From the IMG/VR virus record IMGVR_UViG_3300024268_000023: 64,000 nucleotides of DNA; one strand, given 5' to 3'. A program made the translations under genes and the position numbers. How positions within the stretch are numbered: the first letter of the stretch is position 1; every line of letters starts with the position of its first letter. Below the pieces are notes generated by a model, which was not told the origin of the DNA, searched no databases, and saw only the letters and a program-made list of their open reading frames with translations. Origin of the DNA: a virus. Its lineage: Duplodnaviria; Heunggongvirae; Uroviricota; Caudoviricetes. Shown piece by piece: positions 1 through 8,653 of the stretch.

Positions 1-1165
1 AACGAAGACAAGAAAGCGCGCTTTTTCTGTCTGCTTCTTTTGCGGCTTTCGGCGTGTTACTTTCTTCAATTTCGGCGGCGCGCGCTTCGTCAAGCTGAAT
101 TGTCTGCGCCGCGCCGTCTCCGTTATACTTATATTCCGAAATTGCGTTATTTGCGGCTTTTTTGAAATCTGCGGCGGCTTTTTCCGCTTCGGCTTTTGCT
201 TCTGCTTCTGCTATTTTCTGCGCTTCTTTTGCGGCTTCATACGCGGCGGCGGCTTCTTTTGCTTCGGCGGCTTCTTCTGCGGCGGCTTTTGCGGCTTCTC
301 TTATATATTCCCTATATTTCGCCGCGCGGACACTTTCGGCGGCTTCGGCTTTCTTCTGCGCTTTTATAACGTCCGCGGCGGCTTCTTTTTCAATAAATTT
401 CAAAAAAGCGTCACCATAAAACGGAAACGAAGGAAGGCAAAAACGGCTATTTTCGTTCAACGCTTCCGCAAAATATCTATCCCAAATAGGCGCATGTTCA
501 ACGTCAAAATTTTTCCGTTGACCGTTCAACGCATACTGAACGGCGGGGAAAATTGCGTCTGCTATTGCGTTATTGTATGACTTATAAGAGAAAGCGGCGC
601 GCGCTTTTTCAATATTTGCGGCTCTTTCGGCTTCATACGCGGCGGCGGCTTCTCTGCGGCTTTTTTCGCGTTCAAGCGTTGCGGCTTTGATACTTTCGCG
701 CTCTTCTTCCGTAAGCGTTACGGCTTTCGCGGCTTCGGCTTTTGCGGCTCTTCCGGCGGCTTTCGCTCTTATATTCAGCGCGAAAACAAAGTTATCAGCA
801 CTTGCCGCAATATCTGCGGCGGCTTCGGCGGCTTCTTTTGCGGCTTCAATTTCGGCGGCTTCCAAATTTTCATAAAAAGCATAGAGAACGGCGGCGGCGG
901 CTCTTATTGCTTCGGCTTTCGCGGCGGCTTTCTTTGTCTTTGCTTCTTTTGCGGCTTTTTCGCCGAAAGAACGAAGAACGGCGGCGGCGGCTTTCTCTTC
1001 TTTGCAGATTTCGGAAACGGCGGCGGCGGCGGCTTTGTACTCTTTCGCAATATCGGCGGCGGCGGCTCTTTGCTGAACGGCGGCGGCTCTTGCTGTTGAG
1101 ATTTCGGCGGCTTCAATTTTAGCGGCGGCGGCTTCGGCTTCGGTGGTGGTGGTGTAGAGTTTCAT
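1..1165 (-). CDS. Ala/Glu/Lys-rich low-complexity helical protein, >388 aa, runs off the window edge (missing from ORF track)
   Basis: Translated by hand from ATG at 1165: MKLYTTTTEAEAAAAKIEAAEISTARAAAVQQRAAAADIAKEY..., no stop before base 1; RBS-like AAGAAGG upstream and a sigmaA-like promoter upstream. Confidence 0.8.
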   Translation of the reverse strand, partial: MKLYTTTTEAEAAAAKIEAAEISTARAAAVQQRAAAADIAKEYKAAAAAVSEICKEEKAAAAVLRSFGEKAAKEAKTKKAAAKAEAIRAAAAVLYAFYENLEAAEIEAAKEAAEAAADIAASADNFVFALNIRAKAAGRAAKAEAAKAVTLTEEERESIKAATLEREKSRREAAAAYEAERAANIEKARAAFSYKSYNNAIADAIFPAVQYALNGQRKNFDVEHAPIWDRYFAEALNENSRFCLPSFPFYGDAFLKFIEKEAAADVIKAQKKAEAAESVRAAKYREYIREAAKAAAEEAAEAKEAAAAYEAAKEAQKIAEAEAKAEAEKAAADFKKAANNAISEYKYNGDGAAQTIQLDEARAAEIEESNTPKAAKEADRKSALSCLR

Positions 1166-1209
1166 TTTTTGACCTTCTTTCTTTTGTTTTACAAGTGTAT
1201 AATTAACTT

Positions 1210-1227
1210 TGCGGAATAATATCCGCA
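1210..1227. promoter_or_regulatory. Operator-like inverted repeat just downstream of the leftward promoter
   Basis: TGCGGA-ataata-TCCGCA; a third ATCCGC half-site lies inside the promoter spacer. Confidence 0.45.
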
Positions 1228-1232
1228 GTATT

Positions 1233-1260
1233 ATTATATCACTTTATCCGCGAAAGTCAA
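1233..1260 (-). promoter_or_regulatory. sigmaA-type promoter driving the leftward gene
   Basis: Minus strand TTGACT (1260-1255), 16-nt spacer, extended TG-A-TATAAT (1238-1233). Confidence 0.75.
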
Positions 1261-1385
1261 CCATAAAATTTACGGAAGGTAAAACTAAATAAGAGAAAAC
1301 GCGCGACACTTTCGGCGGCTTCGGCTTTTGTTTTATCTGCTATTTTACAAAAGTAAAACGGAAGAAGCGAAAAATTTTTTAATTA

Positions 1386-1407
1386 AATAATGTTATATAA
1401 CATTATT
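1386..1407. repeat. Perfect 22-bp palindrome
   Basis: AATAATGTTATATAACATTATT equals its own reverse complement. Confidence 0.85.
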
Positions 1408-1866
1408 ATAATGTGCAAAGTCCGAAAGTATCAAAAAACGACTTTCGGAAAAACGGCGAAGCGGGTATATTTACAAAGATAAAAAGCCCATTTTCGGAAA
1501 ATTCTACGTAGTTGTCACCTCAAACTCACACCACTACCACACCGCTTTAATCCCACCACTAAGCCATTTTTAACGCTTTTACAACATCGGTTATACCATC
1601 ACAAATAAGCCTTTACACAGCCTCTCAGAGTCTCTCAAAAGCACTCTTAAAAAGGTTATTTGTATGTCTTATTTTTCTGAGATCCTCACTTTTCCACACC
1701 CCTCTTATTAAATTCCAGTACAAAAAATGTAAAATTATTAGTATAAAATAACCGGAAATTACGATAAATAAGCGAAATATTGAACCTTTTAAAGAGTTTT
1801 AATAAATTATTATTCATTTATACCTATATATAAATGTAAATAAATTGTAAATGGTTAAAGAACCTA

Positions 1867-1895
1867 TTAACATTTTTGATTACATATAGTATAAT
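1867..1895 (+). promoter_or_regulatory. sigmaA-type promoter for the recombinase gene
   Basis: TTAACA-17 nt-TATAAT; inverted repeat TAGTATAA...TTATACTA overlaps the -10 box. Confidence 0.6.
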
Positions 1896-1947
1896 TAAAC
1901 CATCGAAACAAGTTATACTATTTGTTATTAGAAGGAGATAAAAAATC

Positions 1948-2778
1948 ATGAAGAAAAGCTTCGCCGAAAGGCAAAAAGAATACATCGACCAGGGGTATAT
2001 TTGCAATGTAATACCAGTACAAGGGGATATGGTTACCGTACTGGCCGAGTCCGAAGGATACAAAACCCCAATCAAAAACTCCCATGCTGCAGACGCTATT
2101 AAAGATAAAAAATACATTACCATGATCGTAGATTACCTTACTGAAAACGAAAGATACAGAGATCTTCTTCTTTTTGTAATGGGCATAAACTTCGGCCTCC
2201 GCTGCGGAGACCTTACTTCACTTCGTATCGGAGATGTTATTACCCCGGAAGGAAAAATTGTGAACACCTTCGAAATTATCGAAGAAAAAACAAAAAAGAG
2301 AAGACCTATGGCAATGAATGAGAGTGTTCTAAAGGCTCTTACGCTGTACTTGAAGAGTGAATATGGAGATAACCCCGTTGATCGTCGAGATTACCTCTTC
2401 ACCTCCAACTCCAACCGCAAAGGCAAGGATGGAGCTCCGCTCACAGTTCGCTCCATCGAGCGTCTTCTCAAATCCATCGTGAATGATGAACTTCACATCC
2501 CCGTTCACGCTTCAACCCATATGCTCCGTAAAACCTTCGCCTATCACTTCCTGATGGCAGCACCAGATAGAAATAGAGCACTAGAGTTACTCTCAATGCA
2601 ACTTAATCATAGTAGTATAGCCTATACTCTTAGATACATTGGTATAACCCAAGATGAAATTTTAGATACTTGTTTCCGTCTTGACCTTGGGTTTGAGGAT
2701 GGCCCTGTAAAGAATGATAATGTTGTAAATCTCTCTGATGCCAGAGAAAAACTTAAAGATAAAATTGTACAAGCCTGA
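1948..2778 (+). CDS. Tyrosine recombinase/integrase
   Basis: Catalytic set GLRCGDL (R), HMLRKTF (HxxR), LNHSS (H), TLRY (Y); RBS AAGGAG. Confidence 0.92.
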   Translation: MKKSFAERQKEYIDQGYICNVIPVQGDMVTVLAESEGYKTPIKNSHAADAIKDKKYITMIVDYLTENERYRDLLLFVMGINFGLRCGDLTSLRIGDVITPEGKIVNTFEIIEEKTKKRRPMAMNESVLKALTLYLKSEYGDNPVDRRDYLFTSNSNRKGKDGAPLTVRSIERLLKSIVNDELHIPVHASTHMLRKTFAYHFLMAAPDRNRALELLSMQLNHSSIAYTLRYIGITQDEILDTCFRLDLGFEDGPVKNDNVVNLSDAREKLKDKIVQA

Positions 2779-2888
2779 TAAGGCTTGGGAAAGCGAGCGA
2801 ATGCAAAGCATGAGCAATAGTCCAAGCCTAAATTTCAGACAAAAAGTTAGGGTATTTTTGGCTAAAATGGATATTTTGTATTAAATTT

Positions 2889-2904
2889 TGGCTTACTTAA
2901 GCCA
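2889..2904. promoter_or_regulatory. Inverted repeat of the TAAGCCA motif family
   Basis: TGGCTTA-CT-TAAGCCA; same architecture as 8389-8410. Confidence 0.6.
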
Positions 2905-3029
2905 TTTTTTAGACCTCTCCCTTAAAGATATAATATATATAATATAACTATTCATAAACTTATCTGTACTGGCGTTAAAGAAATAGGACAGTAATTCCAA
3001 TGAGACGAAGATTGCCTCGAATCGTGGCT

Positions 3030-3060
3030 AACCCGCATAACTAAGCCATTTTTTGGACTT
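3030..3060 (+). repeat. 31-bp direct repeat, copy 1
   Basis: AACCCGCATAACTAAGCCATTTTTTGGACTT, 30/31 identical to 8334-8364. Confidence 0.9.
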
Positions 3061-3104
3061 CGTCAAAAAAATTTTTCTTCAAAAAATAAGAATTTTCGAA
3101 AGAA

Positions 3105-4529
3105 GTGATGCATATTCCAAAATTTATTGAGCCAGATCCCCAACTTGCAATGGCTAAAATGGATGAAACGAAGTTTCATGTAGTTGAACCGCAGGCAACA
3201 AGTGAAACAAAGTTTCACGTAGTTGATAGCATTATGGGTAGTGGCAAAACGCAAGGAGCTATTAGCTATATCAATGCTCACCCTTTCAATAAATTTATAG
3301 TAATTACTCCATATTTAACTGAAATAAAAAGATTCGTTGAAGGATGCCCGGTTCATAAGTTCCGAGAGCCCGAACGTTGTGAAGAATTGAACCAAAATAA
3401 ATCAGATTCTTTTGAATCACTTTTAGATAAGAAGGAAAATATCGTCACTACGCATGTTTTGTTTTTTATGCAGTCGGATAACATTTACGAAAAATATAGG
3501 GGGTATAAACTTATCATCGATGAAACTCCAGAGCAAGCTTTTCGTAATGTTGATAATCTTACAGAAGCAGAAACAAGGTTTTTATTCAACGAATTTATCT
3601 CTCTCGATGAAAATAAATATGCAATATGGAAAGAGACTGCTCCTCCAGTTGGAAGATTTGGAGATATTAAGGAACTGGCCGATGCTGGGAGGCTTCGGGG
3701 GTATATAGCTGAAGATACCGACAAAATATCTAAGTGTCTTTTTGAGGTTTTTCCATCTGCCGTATTTGAAGAATTTGAAGAAGTAGTCTTACTGACATAT
3801 TTATTGCATGGGCAAATTTTTAGTGCTTACTTGGAAACAGAAAAAATCAACTACGATTACTGGTATGTAAAAAGCCAAGATGGAAAATATGAGTTTACAG
3901 AAGATTTTCAGCCAGACTCTGTGTATTTGTATAAAGATTTAATTAATATATACGGAGTAACAGAAAAAGGAAACGATAAACTTAATCGTATCGGCGATGG
4001 GCGATATGCTTTGAGCAAGTCTTGGTACAACGAAGCAAAGGAAGAAACATTTAATATTCTTTCGAACAACCTCATTAATTATTTCAAAAACATAACGTTT
4101 TCCAAAAGCGAAGACAGACTCTGGACAACCTTTCTGTCTTATGAGGGGGTAGCGGCAAAGAATAGGTTTCGAAAAAACTTTATTACCTGCAATCAGCGTG
4201 CAACTAACAACTATCGGAAGTGTAGCAACCTTGCGTACTTAACAAACAGATTTATGTCTCCATCTTATTCTATTATGTTTTCAAGATATGGTGTGTCAGT
4301 GGATAATGAGGCTTTTGCACTGGCGGAAATGTTACAGTGGATTTGGAGATCGGCAATTCGCGATGACAAAAGTATAAACATATATATTCCAAGCGAAAGA
4401 ATGAGAAATCTACTTATTGGTTGGCTTGCATTTGTGGCTCGAGATGAATGCCCAGAAAATGCTACATCAGCAAATATTTATGAGTGGCTAAAAACAATGG
4501 AAGCAAAAAGGCTTCCATTGAAAAAATAA
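3105..4529 (+). CDS. SF2 (DEAD/DEAH-like) helicase-family protein; true start may be slightly downstream
   Basis: Walker A DSIMGSGKT, Walker B LIIDE, C-terminal MLQWIWRSAIR; short internal duplication ETKFHVV x2. Confidence 0.75.
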   Translation: MMHIPKFIEPDPQLAMAKMDETKFHVVEPQATSETKFHVVDSIMGSGKTQGAISYINAHPFNKFIVITPYLTEIKRFVEGCPVHKFREPERCEELNQNKSDSFESLLDKKENIVTTHVLFFMQSDNIYEKYRGYKLIIDETPEQAFRNVDNLTEAETRFLFNEFISLDENKYAIWKETAPPVGRFGDIKELADAGRLRGYIAEDTDKISKCLFEVFPSAVFEEFEEVVLLTYLLHGQIFSAYLETEKINYDYWYVKSQDGKYEFTEDFQPDSVYLYKDLINIYGVTEKGNDKLNRIGDGRYALSKSWYNEAKEETFNILSNNLINYFKNITFSKSEDRLWTTFLSYEGVAAKNRFRKNFITCNQRATNNYRKCSNLAYLTNRFMSPSYSIMFSRYGVSVDNEAFALAEMLQWIWRSAIRDDKSINIYIPSERMRNLLIGWLAFVARDECPENATSANIYEWLKTMEAKRLPLKK

Positions 4530-4562
4530 AAGAACATATGTTCTGATTAAAGGAGAAATTTT

Positions 4563-4976
4563 ATGAAAACAAAAAAACAATACGAAACTTTGTGGAACCA
4601 TGAAGGATATGCAAGGGTTATAAATCTTTATCATAACGGCGAACTCGTTTCAACGTATAATTTTTCTAGTGGAAAGGATGCTGAATCTTTCGAAGAAGAA
4701 CTTATTCAAAAAGGCTATACTTGGGGGTTTACAAGAGAACACGCTGAATTGGCTCATGCTTGGGCCGAATATGGCATTAAAAATAATGTGTCAAATAAAA
4801 AATTAAAATGGTGTCCCAACTGTGGCGAAGAGAAAAGGTTTGATATTAGAGACTGGGGTATCGGAGAGCATTTATTTTATATTAGGTGCGATTGTTGCGA
4901 TTTTGAAATGGGCCCGATTACAGGTTCAAAAGAAAGAGCAATTATGGCATGGAATAGCTTGGAAAGTGATGTTTGA
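4563..4976 (+). CDS. Protein with C-terminal Lar-family (restriction alleviation) zinc-ribbon domain
   Basis: LKWCPNCG...YIRCDCC...AIMAWN pattern typical of Lar. Confidence 0.65.
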   Translation: MKTKKQYETLWNHEGYARVINLYHNGELVSTYNFSSGKDAESFEEELIQKGYTWGFTREHAELAHAWAEYGIKNNVSNKKLKWCPNCGEEKRFDIRDWGIGEHLFYIRCDCCDFEMGPITGSKERAIMAWNSLESDV

Positions 4977-4989
4977 GGAGGATTCTAAA

Positions 4990-5187
4990 ATGACTAAAGA
5001 TTATCAAGAAACAATTTGTTGGCTATGCAAACATTCAGTTCCAAATACGGAAGACAGAGGTTGCTCCTGGAGTATGTTCGGTGAACCTGTAGAAGGCTGG
5101 GAAGCAACGCCAACCGAAATTATCGGAAGCGTTTACAACGAACGCAGTTACTGTGTTCATAAATGTCCTCGTTTCGAAAGGGGGTAA
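4990..5187 (+). CDS. Small Cys-rich phage protein
   Basis: ATG 4990 after GAGGA; CWLC...CSWS...C..CP motif. Confidence 0.6.
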   Translation: MTKDYQETICWLCKHSVPNTEDRGCSWSMFGEPVEGWEATPTEIIGSVYNERSYCVHKCPRFERG

Positions 5188-5188
5188 A

Positions 5189-5341
5189 TTGGAAACAGTG
5201 GATAATTTGGATCTTCGCACTTGGGATGAAGTTTGGGAAGAACTGGCTCCGCAAGTTGAGTATCTTGTTGATTTAGAAGAACGAGAAGATGAGTACGACG
5301 AAATTATTGCGGAATATTCCGATAGTGATGAAGAAATTTAA
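5189..5341 (+). CDS. Very acidic 50-aa protein
   Basis: TTG start after AAGGGGG; 21 of 50 residues are D/E. Confidence 0.55.
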   Translation: METVDNLDLRTWDEVWEELAPQVEYLVDLEEREDEYDEIIAEYSDSDEEI

Positions 5342-5362
5342 TACGGTTTGAGGTGAGGAATC

Positions 5363-8322
5363 ACGCCACTTTCGGTTCAATACTCGCTCTACGCCCTTGA
5401 CACGTCAGCGTTTTTTACGGACGAAGAGCTTGTTATGGAAAGAAAGTTGCAACGGGTAAGAAACATTTTGGGGAAAAGGAAGGGCAGTTACGCTCAGCCT
5501 GATAACAAAACATCCCCTGCAATTAGAATGAAACATATTCATAAGCTCAACGAACTTGCGGTTATGTATAAGTCGGAGCTTAAAAGAATAATTGAGGAAA
5601 ATACACATCTTGTTCGCACGGTGCGACAAGAAAAGTTGACCAGAAGTAACGTGGTCGCCGTTTTTGATTCAACCCTAACGAGAGCATTGGAGATGCAGTC
5701 CGATGTGGTAAATGAGCAATTGGTCATTGTAAAGGTTTATTACTTCGGTGTGGCTGAATCAATGGTTAAAAACGGATTTATGATGAATGGTCAAAGATAT
5801 AAATTTTTCTCGGCAAGCGCCGGGCAAATAAGAACAAAGAAATTTGTAGCTATTAGGGAGGAAGACTACGAGAGAATATATATGAAGCTCTCCTGCGGGC
5901 TTGACATCCCGACTATAAATGAGGCCGGAGGTGTTAACACGAATAAGTACCTTGCGTACCAGGCGCTGTGCTCAAGTGCTACGGACGTCTGGGAAGACTT
6001 TGATATAGATAAGAGTATTGTTGTTGATGATTTTGAAACGACTGTAAGAGGGCTTGTAGACTTTATAGATGAAAAGGATTATTCCATTCAAAGAAAAGAA
6101 ATGGATGTTCCTATTCCGCATACAGATGGCTGCGGAATGATTCTCCCTAAGTTAAGTAAAAAGAATTTCATGGTACGAGCACCATGGATAAAAGGACTTT
6201 TAGCAGTTTTCCCGTTTGATAAATTCATCAGAGAAGAACGAAGAAACGGCAATAAAGACTGCGGATTTATCAGAGATATATATGGGCAGATACATGATGT
6301 GCTCGGCGAAGATATCCAGGTTATTTTTACAAAATCCCAAATAAAGCTATGGAAATATTATGAGAACTGGGATCAATACAAAGAATATTTTAAAAAGTAT
6401 GACTGCGAAGCCTGTAAATGCAATGAAGAGGAAGACTTTATAGAAGACGCTCGATTTAACTACCAGATGCTTCAAACTCTTACAAGCATTACCGATGAAG
6501 AACTTACAAAAATTGCAGAAAGAACCAATAAAACTTTGAGAGATGTTTCTTCCGATAGAGAAACAATGCTCAGAGTTTTCGGAGCAACGAAAACCAATTG
6601 TCATAAAACCTATTTCCAAAAAGCCTTACTTATGTACCCAGAGCTTTTGCAAGACCCTTATTGCAGAGAAACACTCAGAGATTTGAAAAACAGCCTTGAA
6701 AAATTTGGGAAGGCCGGGAGACTTGAAATTGATGGGAAATATCTTTTCTTGATACCAGATTTGTATGCAGCCTGTGAATATTGGTTTAAAGGAATTGAGA
6801 AGCCAGAGGGGCTTCTTAAAAATGGAGAAGTGTATTGCTCCGCTTATAAAAATAAAAAAGAACTTAACTGTTTAAGATCGCCGCACCTTTATCGTGAACA
6901 CTGTGTAAGAACCAATGTTGCTGATGAACACGTTGAAGCGAAGCGGTGGTTCTTGACGAACGGTATTTATACAAGCACTCACGATATGATATCCAAGGTG
7001 CTCCAATTCGATGAACAACATCGTCGCGCTCAGTGGAAACGCTGAGATGAAAACTTCGTGAACCTGGAAATCCAGGGTGTCGGTTATGGCCGGCTAACGG
7101 GGAACCGAGAGGAATCCCGTGCTAAGCGTAAAATAAAAATATCGCCTTTTGGAGGCGATAAAAATTGGACAATAATTAGAGAAAAATAACGATATTTTTA
7201 TTTTACGAAAGTATAACGACTATCGAAAGGGTAGCGGTAAAACCACGAGCTTTGCCGCGAGTAACTGAGTAGAGTAGCTTTTCGGTGAAACTCCGAAAGG
7301 CGAAGCGCGAAGCACCTAAACCTGCAAGGGCATGGTGATGATATAGTCTGCCCCGCGATAGCGGGACGGTTGACGGAGATAAAAGCTTAGTTGTCGCTGA
7401 TCCTACCTTGATAGAAGTAGCAAAGCGTGACTGCGAAGGAATAGTGCCTCTTTATTACAATATGGCAAAAGCTCCTGCCAGAGAAATAACTCCAGATGCT
7501 TTATATGAAGGAATGATAACAGCTTACACTTCCGGAAATATAGGGGCGGTAAGCAACAAAATAACAAAAATTTGGAATCTGCCGGAACCAGATTTAGATG
7601 CTATCAAACAACTTTGCTGTTTAAACAACTTTACTATAGATGCTGCAAAAACTCTTTATAAACCTTTGCCTCCAGACGACATTGCGGATCGCCTGAACGA
7701 GCTTACCAAAAATAAGCTTCCACATTTCTTTATATATGCAAAGGGCAAAAGAGAGTCGCAGGTAATGCCTGTGGGCAACGGATGCGTTGACAGGCTTGAA
7801 CATATCATTGAACACCGAAAATTTAACTTTCACCAAAAGCAACTTGGATATTTCGATTATCGTATGTTGATGGATAACGGGGATCTTGAATTAACCCCAG
7901 AGGACAACGTTCTGATAAAAGCTTATTATGATTTATCTTCTACGATAAATGGTCGAATCGTAGTAGATGAAAACGGCGGGGCCAATTACGATAGAGTATT
8001 CGGGGAATTCAGACAGGCCCTACTTGATATAGACCCGGACATCAACCATCTTGTTGATGTACTGGTAAAACAGACTTTTTGTGTAAAACGAAGCAAACAC
8101 AAGACTGCATTATGGCAGTGCTTCGGAGAAGAAATCTATCAAAATCTTTGCCGTAACATTCCAGAGAATACTATCATGTGTGAATGTTGCGGAAAGAGAA
8201 TTATTAAGACTGCTCGAAATCAAGTTAGATGCGAAGAGTGCGCTAAAGGTTTTAACAAAAAATGGTGTGCAGAGTATAGAGAAAGAAAAAGAGCAAATGA
8301 AGGTTCCGCGACAGTTTCTTAA
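5363..8322 (+). CDS. yonO: YonO-like single-subunit (two-barrel) RNA polymerase; exons 5363-7012 and 7369-8322, about 867 aa after splicing
   Basis: SAGQIRTKK, DGCGM, RSPHL motifs; splicing rebuilds QFDVDGDKSLV (DxDGD); frame is open from 5357 and includes DTSAFFTDEE upstream of the first ATG (5435). Confidence 0.9.
7013..7368 (+). ncRNA. Group I self-splicing intron (IA-like, no ORF), 356 nt
   Basis: Exon ends in U and intron ends in G; P1 CGAU|GA with UCGUCG gives a U.G pair at the splice site; P10 CAAC/GUUG; P2 CUCAGUG-GAAA-CGCUGAG; P4 ACGGG/UCCCGU; P7 GACUA (7218-22)/UAGUC (7344-48); P9 CCCGC-GAUA-GCGGG. Confidence 0.92.
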
Positions 8323-8333
8323 AAAACCTTGCA

Positions 8334-8364
8334 AACCCGCATAATTAAGCCATTTTTTGGACTT
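8334..8364 (+). repeat. 31-bp direct repeat, copy 2
   Basis: AACCCGCATAATTAAGCCATTTTTTGGACTT, one mismatch to 3030-3060. Confidence 0.9.
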
Positions 8365-8388
8365 GCAGTGAATAAGGCAAAATTCAGA

Positions 8389-8410
8389 AAATGGCTTAGT
8401 TAAGCCATTT
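8389..8410. promoter_or_regulatory. Inverted repeat upstream of the late gene cluster
   Basis: AAATGGCTTA-GT-TAAGCCATTT. Confidence 0.65.
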
Positions 8411-8461
8411 GTTCAAAAATAGCTGGACGCTAAAGGGAAGAAAAATATTATTTTCCCAAAT

Positions 8462-8653
8462 ATGAAAAGGATAGAAGGTAAAAATTTGGTACAAGTAAGT
8501 AAAGAAGAATCCATGGAAATTAGGAAAAGATTTCCGGAAACGCATATTCACATTACCAGCAAACAGACAAATCATAAACGTTACTGGGTTGAAGAAAATG
8601 GCGCAGTAAAAAGATATCTCCGCGAAAAGAGGGGAGTGACCACCCGTGGTTGA
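8462..8653 (+). CDS. Small basic hypothetical protein
   Basis: 63-aa ORF overlapping the next start. Confidence 0.6.
   Translation: MKRIEGKNLVQVSKEESMEIRKRFPETHIHITSKQTNHKRYWVEENGAVKRYLREKRGVTTRG

Noticed and set aside
162-1122. ORF-track calls 162-419, 687-875, 742-1122 (+) and 904-1116 (-)
   Set aside because: Shadows of the low-complexity minus-strand gene starting at 1165, which has the RBS and promoter
1-1340. CRISPR array or tandem VNTR in the repetitive left end
   Set aside because: No constant-length repeat-spacer periodicity; repeats are short codon-phase words
3165-3226. ETKFHVV duplication at the helicase N terminus as a regulatory repeat
   Set aside because: A 39-nt-period in-frame duplication with synonymous changes; most simply a local coding duplication
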